A stretch of 64,000 nucleotides of DNA from the NCBI GenBank assembly GCA_035352955.1, contig DAOPYQ010000003.1, positions 12,901 through 76,900 of the forward strand. The letters run 5' to 3'. Position 1 is the stretch's first letter; each line of letters starts with the position of its first letter. Below the pieces are notes generated by a model. The model saw nothing but the letters and a program-made list of their open reading frames with translations. It had not been told where the DNA came from and did no database searches. The position numbers and the translations under genes were made by a program. The DNA is from Candidatus Omnitrophota bacterium. Lineage in GTDB: Bacteria > Omnitrophota > Omnitrophia > Omnitrophales > Aquincolibacteriaceae. Positions 38,521 through 49,083 of this stretch are shown in pieces.

Positions 38521-40389
38521 TTAGCGTGGAGTTTTGGGCGGGATCGGCACCATTTCGCCGATTTTCCAAAGCTCATAGACATAGCGTTCATTCCGACAAA
38601 CGAACTCGACGGTGGTTTCCAATGTTTTCTTATAATTTACGAACAGTTTTTCAGGGGTTAATAAAGTCTCAAAATGCCCATTCACGGAATAGTCCTTCAT
38701 ATACAGCATGTATTTTCCAAAACCTAACAACCTTAGATGTTCTTCCAAAGATTCTCCTTGGGGCCAGCACCCTTTCTCAAAAGGGTCTAGCTTGATCAAA
38801 TTAAGCATGGCAATGTCGCGGCGAAAATAGAACAGGCGCGGCTCATTAAGGTTGAGAACCTTCGCATCCTGCGGCAAATGGCTGTTCACATATTCTGCAA
38901 CATCATAACTGCGCTCATGTCCTCGAAGAAAATCCTCGCGTTTTTCCAGGCCAAAGGCCACACGGATTTTATCGACGTTGTGATAAACCGACAATGCAGC
39001 GCTGTAACAAAAAATCCCGATCAACAAGGCCGTTGCGACTTTTCGGACCCATGGATCCATTGAAAGTTCTTGATAAATAAAAGCGACAAGGATCGATAAA
39101 AAAATAAGCGTCGGGAAAAAAAAGCGCGTGTACTGGTAAACGATGAACCACGACGAATACAAACCCAGAGCGATCGCTAGAACATAAAGCATGAACTTTG
39201 GAAAAGATCGAACGAAAACCACCATGGGCAAAAAGATGAGAAAAACAACACCGAGACTCTCTCCCCCAAAGATGTCAGGCGACATCGTAAGAGGCCAAAG
39301 CATGAAAAAATAAGGAATGATTCCGAGGCCAAATCCTGCGGTGGTTTGATACCCGAGCACGCTCTCCGGATAGCCGTGTCCTCCGAAGAGCTTGGCCGCG
39401 AACGGATAGATAGGATTTCCTAGGATGATCCAGGACCGAATATACCAAATACAGCAGGCAAGGAACATCCCCCCGAGAAACAAGCCGGCGCCAAGAAATT
39501 TTTCTTTTTTAAACGGCATAGCCCGCATAGAAACAAAATAGAGAACAAGGATCAAGGCGGGAACGATTGCCGACGGAAGCTTAATACCCAACAAAAAACC
39601 TGACATGATGCCGGAAAGAGCGAACCAGGACATTTGCGAGGTATCCCGCCATACGAAAAAGCAATAAAAAGAGATAATCGTGTAAAAAGTCACGGCAAGA
39701 TCGGTGTAAGCGTAGGTTGTTACTGTAAAAATCGCGGGGGTCAGGGAAAAAATAGCCGCGGCCAACAAACAGGAACGCCGTGGTAAATAGCGGCGGCAAA
39801 GCGCATAAATCGCCAGAAAGGTCGTAACGTAGAAAGAAAAGTGAAAGAGCTTTGCAAGGATCACGCCTTTCAAACAAAGCGCAAAGGTGAAGAGGGTCTG
39901 GACAAAGAAAGGCCAAAGCGAATCTCTCGTGTAAGGAATGCGAAAGATCGCATGCGCCTGGACAAACAGTTTCGGATCCTGCATGTGATAAGCAGCGGAA
40001 TCCATGCCAAGCAACGGCGATAAAGAGCCGATCAAAGTGAAAAATGCCACAAAGCCGATCGCCGCGATCAAAAATCGTTCAAAAAATGAAACCTTGGCTT
40101 TCAAGAGGCCGAGTGAGAAAGTTTCAAGATCCTTCACGGTTTGGATCACGCTTTTGCGGAATAAAACGGCAAGAATAAGGACAACAGGCATCAGGGCCTC
40201 TCGATACAGAAGTCCCCCGAGGCCGATCAGAAGAACAGTCAGAACGAGCATTCCAATGCCCATGCCGTAGCCGATTAGGGATTTCTCCAAAACGGAGAGA
40301 GAGGATGTTTCAACTATGAGGCTAACGCATTTCCTTCCCGTTCCAGTGAGGACCACGGCGATGACAAGAAAGATAAGAAGATCGATCAT
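38521..40389 (-). CDS. GT-C fold membrane glycosyltransferase (family 39-like)
   Basis: 622 aa polytopic. 'DSAAYHMQDPKLF' loop resembles the D-E/S-x-x-Y motif. C-terminal soluble domain. Confidence 0.5.
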   Translation of the reverse strand: MIDLLIFLVIAVVLTGTGRKCVSLIVETSSLSVLEKSLIGYGMGIGMLVLTVLLIGLGGLLYREALMPVVLILAVLFRKSVIQTVKDLETFSLGLLKAKVSFFERFLIAAIGFVAFFTLIGSLSPLLGMDSAAYHMQDPKLFVQAHAIFRIPYTRDSLWPFFVQTLFTFALCLKGVILAKLFHFSFYVTTFLAIYALCRRYLPRRSCLLAAAIFSLTPAIFTVTTYAYTDLAVTFYTIISFYCFFVWRDTSQMSWFALSGIMSGFLLGIKLPSAIVPALILVLYFVSMRAMPFKKEKFLGAGLFLGGMFLACCIWYIRSWIILGNPIYPFAAKLFGGHGYPESVLGYQTTAGFGLGIIPYFFMLWPLTMSPDIFGGESLGVVFLIFLPMVVFVRSFPKFMLYVLAIALGLYSSWFIVYQYTRFFFPTLIFLSILVAFIYQELSMDPWVRKVATALLIGIFCYSAALSVYHNVDKIRVAFGLEKREDFLRGHERSYDVAEYVNSHLPQDAKVLNLNEPRLFYFRRDIAMLNLIKLDPFEKGCWPQGESLEEHLRLLGFGKYMLYMKDYSVNGHFETLLTPEKLFVNYKKTLETTVEFVCRNERYVYELWKIGEMVPIPPKTPR

Positions 40390-40527
40390 AAATTACGCCC
40401 TAGCGAAGCCAACTCCGAAAGAGGTGAAATTTCGGCAAAACAAAACGTTCGATAAAAACGATCAATGCAATGGATGACCATCCCATGAATGCGACCCGTT
40501 TCATCCATAAGAACAACGTTTGTCGAT

Positions 40528-42930
40528 TCATGATCTTCCTCGCGGAATTCCCCAAGGCGGATCGTATTTCATTTCAATGCGGTAATTCCCCTTTTGAGGG
40601 ATTGCAACGGCACGAAATATCCCGTAAGCCGGCAAAATTGTGACAGGAGCTCCATTGACGGTCGCTTTCCATCCTTCATCATAAAGGTCCGAAATGACAA
40701 AAAAACCTTTTCCCGGAGCATCGACATCCCAGGAAATGTTTTGAGAGGCCACTTTCAAGGGACGGATGACGGCCGTTCCAGCGGCATATTTTGCGTCAAA
40801 AAGGCCGGCGGTGAGCGGGAGATGCGATTGCTGTAGGAGTAAGGTGCGAGCAGGGTCAAACCCTTCTTTCAGGAAATCGTCCTTAAGTGTTTTCCAATCC
40901 GGCTCCATTTTAAAGGACTGAATAAAATATGTCCGTGCATGGTTTCGCCGCAGCTCGTAGAGATAGCTTCCGGACTTCGGTTCCGTAAAGATAAGAATAA
41001 GGTCGGGATGGTTCAATTTTTCGGTCGAAAGAATATGCGAAACATCCAGGAAATCAAGAAGTGCCAAACGTTGGATCATAAATGCCGGGGTCGGAGTTAC
41101 GGCATAATTGGAATCATTAATATTTCCAAAAAGCCCGACGGTTTGATAGTAAGCCGATTCCACGAACGGTGAATAGGCCCCGATATCTTCGATCCCGTAG
41201 AGAATGTTTTGGCTTGGCTTTATGGGAAGGGTCTGGTTCGGAGAACGAAAACCGTAAATCCTGCCCAGGCGACCCGCGGCCTGTTCTTTTTTTAAGACCT
41301 CAATCAGCGATGACGGCGCCGCGGCCGATCCATAACGAGAAAGATCTCCGCGAATATCGAGAAAGGACGCCGCATAAAGGTCCGCGACTAAAAAAGCGAC
41401 CCCAACTGCCAACAAATATTTTGGGGGCCTTTTGGTTCGCAAAAAAGCCGCTATGAGGAATAGGCAAACGCCCGTGACGATGATTGCGCCCCAATTGGCC
41501 GAATGGCTGAACGAAATGTATTTCAAAAGGCCTTCGCGATACTGCTCAACGACCGAAAGATAAAATTGAAAGGAATAGGGATGCCCCGGCTGGCCATAAA
41601 CAAAGTGCCGCACAAACCATTCGCCCCATTGAAGGGCAAGCCCTTTTCCGGCAGTCAGAAACAAATTCCCGATGGCGAGCAATGCGAAAAAGAAAAGGAC
41701 CAAGCCAAGAAATATCTTGGAAGCTTTTCTAAAGAGCGTTTGGCTGAAGCGCATCTGCCAAAGGGATTGAAATCCGATCGCGCTGATAATGGCAAGCCCG
41801 AAGGATGCAAAGCCGATGAATTTTGAAGGGAATCGAAACGAATAAAACTTTGTAACCTTGATCAGAAATACATAAAGAGGACTCCATTGTCCTAAGGCGA
41901 GCAGAAGTGCCAATGCCGTCATGGCGGCCCAAAGTCTAAAGACGTTGCTTTTACGAATGTCCTTCGAAGAGAACGCAAAGACGATGAGAAAAAGACCGAA
42001 GGAGCCTGCGTAAAGGTTATTGCTTCTAAGTATGGCGGCGATGTTCGGAAAGATAAGCGTGCTAAAGGCCAAGGGCGACATGGATCCGAGATAGGCATAA
42101 CCTTCTTGAATACCTGTCCGGTTTGACATCATCGCTAGCCGGAACGTGAGAGAAAGTTGCGGCCAAGCAAGAAGAATGGCGAAAAGACCGGTGAGGACCA
42201 ACTGGCCTAGCAGAGCCCCTTTGTCTTTAGCGGAGTTTTGTTTGGCCGGAAAAATAAAGATTCGAAGAAGCGCATACGATGAAAAAATAAATAAGGCGAG
42301 GGCTGCCATTTGAAGATAACCGGCTACGAGAGACTGGCTGGAAACAAGGGCCAATGAAAATAAAAAAACCGCTTTTGATTTTTCAAGGACCTTTTCGAGC
42401 AAAAACAACAAAACCGGGAACCAACACAGCGTTTTCAACGACGTCATGTTGTAATAGGCGCCGCCATAAGCGGAACCAAAAACGAAAATGATAGCCGCTA
42501 CAAAAGAAGGCAGAATCCCGAGCTTCATTTGTTTTCCATACGCATAAGTCCCCCATCCTGCGATGAGCCAGTGAACGAGGTTCATATAAGAATAAGCGGT
42601 ATGGAAAGGGAGAAGGAAATAAAGAAAAAGATTGGGAAGATAAAAAGCACCGATCTGGCTTTCTGCGACCAGTGGGAAGCCGCAGTGAATGAGAGGCGTC
42701 CAAAACGGAAGATGAAAGTCTTTAACGGCAGAAGCGAGTAAAAAAGCCCAGGGATAATGCTGTTCTAAATGGTCCCCTGTCAGAGGGGCTGCTTTAATGA
42801 AAAAAACATCGGGATAAAAAACAAACAACAGTCCAAGGATTCCTAAGATCGCAACAGCATCCTTCGTAATTTTTTCGCGGATCCAACGAAATCGAACGTT
42901 CAGAAGGGCGATGCGGGAACTTTCAAGCAT
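40528..42930 (-). CDS. YfhO-family GT-C membrane glycosyltransferase
   Basis: 800 aa with many TM helices. C-terminus '[43 protein letters not shown]' matches the characteristic YfhO C-terminal signature. Confidence 0.7.
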   Translation of the reverse strand: MLESSRIALLNVRFRWIREKITKDAVAILGILGLLFVFYPDVFFIKAAPLTGDHLEQHYPWAFLLASAVKDFHLPFWTPLIHCGFPLVAESQIGAFYLPNLFLYFLLPFHTAYSYMNLVHWLIAGWGTYAYGKQMKLGILPSFVAAIIFVFGSAYGGAYYNMTSLKTLCWFPVLLFLLEKVLEKSKAVFLFSLALVSSQSLVAGYLQMAALALFIFSSYALLRIFIFPAKQNSAKDKGALLGQLVLTGLFAILLAWPQLSLTFRLAMMSNRTGIQEGYAYLGSMSPLAFSTLIFPNIAAILRSNNLYAGSFGLFLIVFAFSSKDIRKSNVFRLWAAMTALALLLALGQWSPLYVFLIKVTKFYSFRFPSKFIGFASFGLAIISAIGFQSLWQMRFSQTLFRKASKIFLGLVLFFFALLAIGNLFLTAGKGLALQWGEWFVRHFVYGQPGHPYSFQFYLSVVEQYREGLLKYISFSHSANWGAIIVTGVCLFLIAAFLRTKRPPKYLLAVGVAFLVADLYAASFLDIRGDLSRYGSAAAPSSLIEVLKKEQAAGRLGRIYGFRSPNQTLPIKPSQNILYGIEDIGAYSPFVESAYYQTVGLFGNINDSNYAVTPTPAFMIQRLALLDFLDVSHILSTEKLNHPDLILIFTEPKSGSYLYELRRNHARTYFIQSFKMEPDWKTLKDDFLKEGFDPARTLLLQQSHLPLTAGLFDAKYAAGTAVIRPLKVASQNISWDVDAPGKGFFVISDLYDEGWKATVNGAPVTILPAYGIFRAVAIPQKGNYRIEMKYDPPWGIPRGRS

Positions 42931-43684
42931 GGGGTGCAGTCGTTTTGGAATAAAAAATCGGAAATCGAGAAAGGCCGAGTTTTTGTAATCGGAATTGGAG
43001 GCTTGTCTTCAGCACGCCCAAGCCATAGACAAGGGATCGGCGCAAATTAATCGAGGACGCCTCAGGAAAATACTTCGTCGGACAAGAAATCTCGCCTATA
43101 CGGAAATTAAAATAAGCGCATTGGGCGAGCATTTGATTATCGAATAGAAAATCGTCGCTATTTTTATGGAGAGGCAACGCTTCCAGTACCCGCCGGTGAA
43201 AGGCCCGGTAACCCGTGTGAAATTCCGACAGCTTTGTTCCCATTAGTAAATTTTGAATAAGTGTCAGCAGGCGGTTGGATACATATTTGTAAAGCGGCAT
43301 TCCCCCTTTGAGTGTTTGATTGCCGAGGATTCGCGACCCGAGCACGACGTCATAAACGCCGGAAGCCACCATGCTCGCCATCGCGACAATAAGGCGTGGG
43401 TCGTATTGATAATCCGGATGAAGCATCACAACAATATCCGCCTTTTTCTCTAAAGCGATCCGATAGCAAGTCTTCTGATTACCACCGTATCCTGTATTCA
43501 TAGCATGAGCTACGGAAGTTATCCCGAGGCGCTTGGCATGAGCAATCGTTTCATCCTGCGAAGCATCATCGACGAGAATAACTTCATCCACATATTCATG
43601 CGGAATTTCACGATACGTTTTCTCGAGAGTCTTTGCCGCATTATAGGCCGGCATGACAACAATAAGCCGCTGATTTGCTATCAT
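42923..43684 (-). CDS. GT2 polyprenol-phosphate sugar synthase (DPM1/CsbB-like), soluble
   Basis: '[14 protein letters not shown]', 'VDDASQDET', 'HPDYQYDP' motifs. 8-bp overlap with the YfhO gene. Confidence 0.8.
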   Translation of the reverse strand: MIANQRLIVVMPAYNAAKTLEKTYREIPHEYVDEVILVDDASQDETIAHAKRLGITSVAHAMNTGYGGNQKTCYRIALEKKADIVVMLHPDYQYDPRLIVAMASMVASGVYDVVLGSRILGNQTLKGGMPLYKYVSNRLLTLIQNLLMGTKLSEFHTGYRAFHRRVLEALPLHKNSDDFLFDNQMLAQCAYFNFRIGEISCPTKYFPEASSINLRRSLVYGLGVLKTSLQFRLQKLGLSRFPIFYSKTTAPHA

Positions 43685-45309
43685 TTTTCAGCTTTCGGTT
43701 GGGGGTGTTTTAACCTTGCAGCAGCAAATTCCTGAGGAGCGGCGTAAACCAATAAATGGCTGTAAGTCACCTGCGCTAACGGTTTAAATTCCCGTACCCA
43801 TTCAAGCTCCGCCTCGTCAAAAACGCCGACGTAACTATTTGCCGACAAAAGATAAAAGCCGGGCTTCGGGCTAAAGAGCGCATCGAAAGCTGATTGCGCA
43901 TGAATATTCGGATGGTTCTTTTCCCACTGATGTATGTAATACGACTTATCTTCCCAGTCTAGATTGGAATCTGCTAAATATTTATAAGCGTTGATGCGAT
44001 CGCCAACAATTTCGTTGAAATAAGACATGTAGTGAGGATGATAAGAAAGAGTAGAAAAAACGTACCAAAACAACGTGGCCCCCATTACAGCAGCTTTTCT
44101 TCGAGTTTTGATATCATTGAAGGCTTTTCCGACGTAGATAATGAGAAACACATACCCTGGCAGCACATAACGAATGCCCACTTGAATATCACAAAACGAA
44201 CTAAAAAACAAAAGCCAGACGGCAAAAGGTAGCCAGAGATAAAGCTCCGAAATACTCAAACCCATCATTGGGTCTTTTTTACGGATGGATGCGACAAGCG
44301 CAGTGATCAATAGCACAAAAAAAGCTAACGGAGATTTCAACAAGATCATGGCCGGAACCGCATAATCACGGCCTTTGCGGTGCCGATGGCCGAAGATGTA
44401 ATTATTCCCCCGCCCGAGCTCAGGATGTTCAGAAATGAAATGAGAATAATCGAGCCCTCGTACAAAAATTCTTGGCAAAGGAACAAGAAAATCCGTTTTC
44501 TTTGATATCATTTGATAAAAGCGGCTTTGCCAGGCCTGTGAGCGAATGTTTTCAAAAGAGCCTTGAAACAAATACGCCGCGTTGATCACGAACCAAACGA
44601 TGATCGCAAAAGCGGCGGATCTAAGAATGATCACTCCCAAGCCTTTTAAGCTTAAGCGGACGCTTCGCCGAATCACGGCTTCCAAAACCACAATGAGCGG
44701 AAGAATGACAAAAAGCAGTACCGAACTGTATTTACTTACGATAGCAAAGCCAGTAGCGACCGCACACGCATAAAAGAATCGCGCGCGCCTGTCATGGCGC
44801 CAGGACCACAAAAAATAAACCGCCAGAACAACAAAGAAGGTTGTCACTACATCGGACGTGACCTGTTTCCCATGGGCGAGCAGCGTCGGATTGAACACAA
44901 ATAAAAATGACGCGCCCATTGCAGCTTTTGGCCCGAACATTTTTCGTGTCCAATGCCAAATGAGTAGTCCTAAGGCTAGGGTGAAAACAAGCGTCGGAAA
45001 GCGTACCCAAAACCTGGTCCATGGGCTATTTTCAAGATCCAAACAACCCATTTTTTTACAAGCCAAAGCATTGAGAACAAAAACCGGCATGCGTTGCCCG
45101 TCGGTTTCGACAAGCGGCCCCTTGGTCAAGACATCATATCCGTACCTCAGATTATGAGGTTCATCATACGATAGGTTCTTATGCCAAGCGCTAAGACTCA
45201 TCAAAATAAACATGAGAAAAAAAAGGAAGGACATCCAAAATTTTTCCCGGGTTTCTATCTTGGGAAAATCGAAAAGCGAAGATTGAATGTTAGACAGGAT
45301 TGATTTCAT
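43681..45309 (-). CDS. GT-C fold membrane glycosyltransferase family 39 (ArnT/PMT-like)
   Basis: '[12 protein letters not shown]' DE-loop motif, polytopic. 4-bp overlap with the GT2 gene. Confidence 0.65.
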   Translation of the reverse strand: MKSILSNIQSSLFDFPKIETREKFWMSFLFFLMFILMSLSAWHKNLSYDEPHNLRYGYDVLTKGPLVETDGQRMPVFVLNALACKKMGCLDLENSPWTRFWVRFPTLVFTLALGLLIWHWTRKMFGPKAAMGASFLFVFNPTLLAHGKQVTSDVVTTFFVVLAVYFLWSWRHDRRARFFYACAVATGFAIVSKYSSVLLFVILPLIVVLEAVIRRSVRLSLKGLGVIILRSAAFAIIVWFVINAAYLFQGSFENIRSQAWQSRFYQMISKKTDFLVPLPRIFVRGLDYSHFISEHPELGRGNNYIFGHRHRKGRDYAVPAMILLKSPLAFFVLLITALVASIRKKDPMMGLSISELYLWLPFAVWLLFFSSFCDIQVGIRYVLPGYVFLIIYVGKAFNDIKTRRKAAVMGATLFWYVFSTLSYHPHYMSYFNEIVGDRINAYKYLADSNLDWEDKSYYIHQWEKNHPNIHAQSAFDALFSPKPGFYLLSANSYVGVFDEAELEWVREFKPLAQVTYSHLLVYAAPQEFAAARLKHPQPKAEK

Positions 45310-45388
45310 AGAATTCTGTGTCGGAATAGTAGCACAATCACCGCATCCCTAACATAAAAAAAACAATTGTGGACCGCGCTCGCGCACA

Positions 45389-46150
45389 TTGACTTTGATG
45401 TCGAAAAACATTAATCTTACGGCTATGAATTCAAACCCATTTATCAGCTTCATCACGCCGGTTTATAATGAGGAGGAGAACATCGCGAGGATGCTCGCGA
45501 ATCTCTTCGCCGTCCTGAAGTCCCATCCGGAATGGCATTGGGAGGTCATCCTGATCGAGGACGGGTCGAAAGACAAGACCCTCGAGGTTCTCCGGACGGA
45601 AGTCAAAAAATACCCGAACACGACGCTCCTGGTCCACGAAAAGAACCAGGGATACACGCGCTCGCTCAAGGACGGGATCGCCGCCGCCAAAGGCCAATAC
45701 CTGATGTACGTCGGCGCCGATGAAGAGTTCGATTCTTCCGAAATCCCCGATTTCGTGGAGATCTTCCGGCGAGATGAGGCGGACGTTGTCCTGGGGGTCC
45801 GCTGGCAGCGGAACGCCTACCAGCTTTTCCGGTTCTTCCTGTCCGTGATCTATATCTTCTTCCTGAACTGGCTCTTCAAGGTCCGGATCAACGATTACAA
45901 CTGGTCGCAGGCTTGGAGCCGCAAAGTCCTCGATCGGATCGACCTCACGTCGCGCTCGCTTTTCGTCCTTCCCGAGATCATCATCAAAGCCCATGACCTC
46001 GGCTTCCGCATCAAAGAGATCCCTTCCAACCACCGCGGCCGCCAATGGGGAAAATCCTCCCTCAACATGAAGATCATGGGATTTGCCCTGTGGGAAGGCA
46101 TGACGTTCTGGCGTTACCGCTGCTCGAAAAAATACAGCGCGGGAAAATAG
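45389..46150 (+). CDS. GT2 polyprenol-phosphate sugar synthase (DPM1-like); the only confident plus-strand gene
   Basis: 'ISFITPVYNEEENI', 'IEDGSKD', 'VGADEE' motifs. Probable start MNSNPF at ~45425. Confidence 0.8.
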   Translation: MTLMSKNINLTAMNSNPFISFITPVYNEEENIARMLANLFAVLKSHPEWHWEVILIEDGSKDKTLEVLRTEVKKYPNTTLLVHEKNQGYTRSLKDGIAAAKGQYLMYVGADEEFDSSEIPDFVEIFRRDEADVVLGVRWQRNAYQLFRFFLSVIYIFFLNWLFKVRINDYNWSQAWSRKVLDRIDLTSRSLFVLPEIIIKAHDLGFRIKEIPSNHRGRQWGKSSLNMKIMGFALWEGMTFWRYRCSKKYSAGK

Positions 46151-46219
46151 CCCTTCCCCTCGCAGACCGACCTTTCACCCCCGAAAAGCCGGGGTTTCCC
46201 GGAGTTACTCTGAGGGATC
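46151..46219. terminator. Hairpin between convergent GT2 genes; putative bidirectional terminator
   Basis: 'cccccgaaaagccgggg' stem-loop at ~46177-46194, flanked by T/A runs. Confidence 0.3.
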
Positions 46220-47032
46220 TTAAACGAGAACGGGACCTTGTCCTTCTCCGGAAGCTTGTGCCGCACCGCGAAGAGCCGACCTGATACGCCCCCGTTGAAA
46301 GAGCAAGGATCCGACATAGCACATAGATTCATAAATAACCCGGTGCGAGATCTTGGAACGGCCCCGGGTCCGGTCGCTGAAAACAATCGGGATCTCCACG
46401 CAACGCGCCCCACGGAGCACCGCCAGGAACTTGAGTTCAACCAGAAACGCATATCCCTCCGTGCGGATGCTGTTGTTCAATATTTTCCTCAGCAGCACTG
46501 TCCGGAAACAATGAAACCCGCTCGTAAGGTCACAAAACGGCATCCCCGTCAGGACTTTGGCGTACCCATTTGCGAACCGGCTTAGGAATTTCCTATGAAG
46601 CGGCCAATTCTGAAGTTCTCCCCCTCGAACGTAACGCGAACCTATAACGAGATCATAGTCCGCAATATACCGGATCATTTTCAAAAGATACCGGGGATGA
46701 TGCGAAAAATCCGCATCCATCGTGATCAGGCAATCATAGGGCCTAGCCAGGACCCACTCCATCCCCTCAAGGTAAGCACGCCCGAGCCCCAATTTCGCGG
46801 GTTGCCGGATCAGGTGGATCGAAGAATCCTTCGCTTGAAGTTCCAGAACCTTTTCGGCCGTCCCGTCAGGAGAGGCGCTATCCACCACCAGAACATCCAG
46901 CGGGACACCTCCCATTTCAAGACGGATGGAGGAAATCAGGTCTTCGATATTCGCCTTTTCATTGTAAGTCGGAATACAAACGATCGTCTTCATCGCACCA
47001 AGCTTTCCCCTAAGTTCATCCAGACGCCCCAA
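46220..47032 (-). CDS. GT2 polyprenol monophosphate sugar synthase (DPM1/Ppm1-like)
   Basis: 'MKTIVCIPTYNEKANI', 'VVDSASPDGT', 'MDADFSHHP' motifs. Likely start at 46990. Confidence 0.8.
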   Translation of the reverse strand: MGRLDELRGKLGAMKTIVCIPTYNEKANIEDLISSIRLEMGGVPLDVLVVDSASPDGTAEKVLELQAKDSSIHLIRQPAKLGLGRAYLEGMEWVLARPYDCLITMDADFSHHPRYLLKMIRYIADYDLVIGSRYVRGGELQNWPLHRKFLSRFANGYAKVLTGMPFCDLTSGFHCFRTVLLRKILNNSIRTEGYAFLVELKFLAVLRGARCVEIPIVFSDRTRGRSKISHRVIYESMCYVGSLLFQRGRIRSALRGAAQASGEGQGPVLV

Positions 47033-47065
47033 AACCCTGCCCCGCGCAAACCGGCCGAGCGCGCC

Positions 47066-47965
47066 TCATCCTTCTTTGCGAAACAACATCACGACACGAT
47101 TCTCCATACGGAAAACACGCCCTGCCCACAAAACCGCGGCGGCGATGACCCTTTTGTACCACGGAAAGTCATACCGGGCGAGATCCGTACTGGTATAAAA
47201 ATAATCAACCTCCCGGAATCCATGGAGGTCAAGCATCCGCCGAAGTGTCGGACGGCTGAAGTAGGAGACATGTTCGAGAAAATAGAGCGTTTCGATCCCC
47301 GCCCGGAAAAGCCCCCCGCTCAACCGGTAGGCCAATTCGCCGCAGTAACGCAGGAACGAACGGTCATTCGGGACCGCCATGAGCAAAAGGCCGCCTGGAA
47401 CAAGGATCCGGGTGATCTTCCGCAAGACCGCCCGGGGATCGGAAAAATGTTCGATCACATCCCACAGAGAAACGACGTCAAAAACCGGGTCTTCCGGAAC
47501 CTCTCGTTCGAAGTCCCCCGCTCTCAGCGCGAGTTTGAATTTTTTACGGCTCAGTTCAAGATTTTTTGTGCTCGTATCGATCCCATCCGGAACCCATCCC
47601 CGGGATCGTGCGAGCGCCAAAAAAAACCCGCTCCCGTATCCGATATCAAAGATCCTTTTGGGACGGCCGGCCGGAAGAGCCGCCTCGGCAAGCTCAATCC
47701 CCCGCATAAAATCATTCCGGGTCTTACCGGGCTCGTCCAGATCGCCATAATCATAATAGCGGGCGTTCGACCCGCGAATCGCCGTCAACGTTTCGTCGGA
47801 CGCGTAGGCCGCCGCCATCGCTTCCGGGGATAAACAGGGATCAAGATAGCGGAGCCTGCACTCTGCGCATTGGAAGACACCGGATTGAGAGATCTTGAAA
47901 AGGAAGGTCCTCGTTTTACTCAGGCATGCGGGACAATGGTCAAGACTTACAAGGCCCGGGTTCAT
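47066..47965 (-). CDS. Class I SAM methyltransferase with N-terminal Cys4 zinc ribbon
   Basis: 'CPACLSKTR...CAECRLRY' followed by 'IFDIGYGSGFF' and 'WDVIEHF'. Paralogous architecture to the 17989-19017 gene. Confidence 0.7.
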   Translation of the reverse strand: MNPGLVSLDHCPACLSKTRTFLFKISQSGVFQCAECRLRYLDPCLSPEAMAAAYASDETLTAIRGSNARYYDYGDLDEPGKTRNDFMRGIELAEAALPAGRPKRIFDIGYGSGFFLALARSRGWVPDGIDTSTKNLELSRKKFKLALRAGDFEREVPEDPVFDVVSLWDVIEHFSDPRAVLRKITRILVPGGLLLMAVPNDRSFLRYCGELAYRLSGGLFRAGIETLYFLEHVSYFSRPTLRRMLDLHGFREVDYFYTSTDLARYDFPWYKRVIAAAVLWAGRVFRMENRVVMLFRKEG

Positions 47966-49002
47966 TTCGGATCTTGTTCCGGAACAGTCCCCGTCATTGA
48001 TAGCCCTCCCTGGTACCTTTTTATATCGGAATCGACCATCATGCGCACAAGATCCACAAAACCGACCGTTGGTTTCCAGTGAAGGACCTTGCGGGCCTTA
48101 CTGTAGTCCCCTTTTAACTCAAAGATCTCGGCCGGCCGGAAAAATAACTCGTCCTGTCTGACATGACGCTGCCAATCCAGCCCTACATGGCCAAAAGCTA
48201 TCTCGAGAAATTCCCGAACCGTATGGGTTTCTCCCGTCGCCACCACAAAATCATCCGGCGCGTCCAGCTGAAGCATGGTCCACATCGCCTCAACATAATC
48301 CCCCGCAAATCCCCAGTCCCGCTTGGCCTCAAGATTTCCGATCAGAAGTTCATCCTGAAGTCCCATCTTGATCCGGACTACCGCATCCGTGATCTTCCGT
48401 GTCACGAACTCAAACCCGCGACGCGGCGACTCATGGTTGAAAAGGATCCCGCTGCAGGCGAACATTTTATAGGCCTCGCGATAATTCCGCGTTAGGTGAA
48501 ATCCGGCAAGCTTGGAGATCCCATAAGGGGATCGAGGGAAAAGGGGCGTTGCCTCATTCTGCGGGCTCTGCGGTGCGACCCCGAACATTTCACTGGATCC
48601 CGCAAAGTAGAACCGGCACTTCGGCACCCTCTCCTTAAGCGCCGACAGAACCGTATGAGTTCCGCTAATGTTCGTATTCAGGGTTGAAAATTCATCCTCG
48701 AAAGAATAACTTACGAAGCTTTGGGCCGCCAGGTGGTAACATTCGTCCGGCCGGATCCTTTCGATCACGTTAAAAATGCTGGCGTAGTTCTCAAGAGATG
48801 CAGAATGCAATTTAAGCTTTGGGCAAATCCCATTGATCCGCCAGGTCCTGTGCATCGGATCTTCCAGAGCTACGCGACGCACGATCCCATGAACTTCATA
48901 CCCCTTGGAAAGCAAAAATTCCGCTAAATACGAACCGTCCTGGCCCGTGATCCCTGTAATCAACGCCCGCTTTGGCATGGAAAACTCTCCGGCTATTTTC
49001 AA
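47962..49002 (-). CDS. gmd: GDP-mannose 4,6-dehydratase
   Basis: 'ALITGITGQDGSYLAEFLL', 'YGISKL', 'NHESPRRG' are canonical Gmd motifs. Confidence 0.9.
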   Translation of the reverse strand: MKIAGEFSMPKRALITGITGQDGSYLAEFLLSKGYEVHGIVRRVALEDPMHRTWRINGICPKLKLHSASLENYASIFNVIERIRPDECYHLAAQSFVSYSFEDEFSTLNTNISGTHTVLSALKERVPKCRFYFAGSSEMFGVAPQSPQNEATPLFPRSPYGISKLAGFHLTRNYREAYKMFACSGILFNHESPRRGFEFVTRKITDAVVRIKMGLQDELLIGNLEAKRDWGFAGDYVEAMWTMLQLDAPDDFVVATGETHTVREFLEIAFGHVGLDWQRHVRQDELFFRPAEIFELKGDYSKARKVLHWKPTVGFVDLVRMMVDSDIKRYQGGLSMTGTVPEQDPK

Positions 49003-49040
49003 AAAGAACTTCTCAGTACGCTAACACAACGTCACAGCAC

Positions 49041-49065
49041 TTTTAAAAAAGGGCGGGAACGCCCC
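49041..49065 (-). terminator. Rho-independent terminator downstream of the oxidoreductase gamma-subunit gene
   Basis: Minus strand reads 'gggcgttcccgccc' followed by 'ttttttaaaa'. Preceded by a second hairpin 'ccccggttttaccgggg'. Confidence 0.45.
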
Positions 49066-49083
49066 ACCCCGGTAAAACCGGGG

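Noticed and set aside
45431-46045. 204-aa minus-strand ORF
   Set aside because: It is antisense to the plus-strand GT2, which carries the PVYNEE/DGSKD/DEE motifs. The minus frame has no recognisable features.
46595-47833. 412-aa plus-strand ORF
   Set aside because: It is antisense to the GT2 (46220-47032) and zinc-ribbon MTase genes, which both have clear motifs. The ORF has low-complexity composition.
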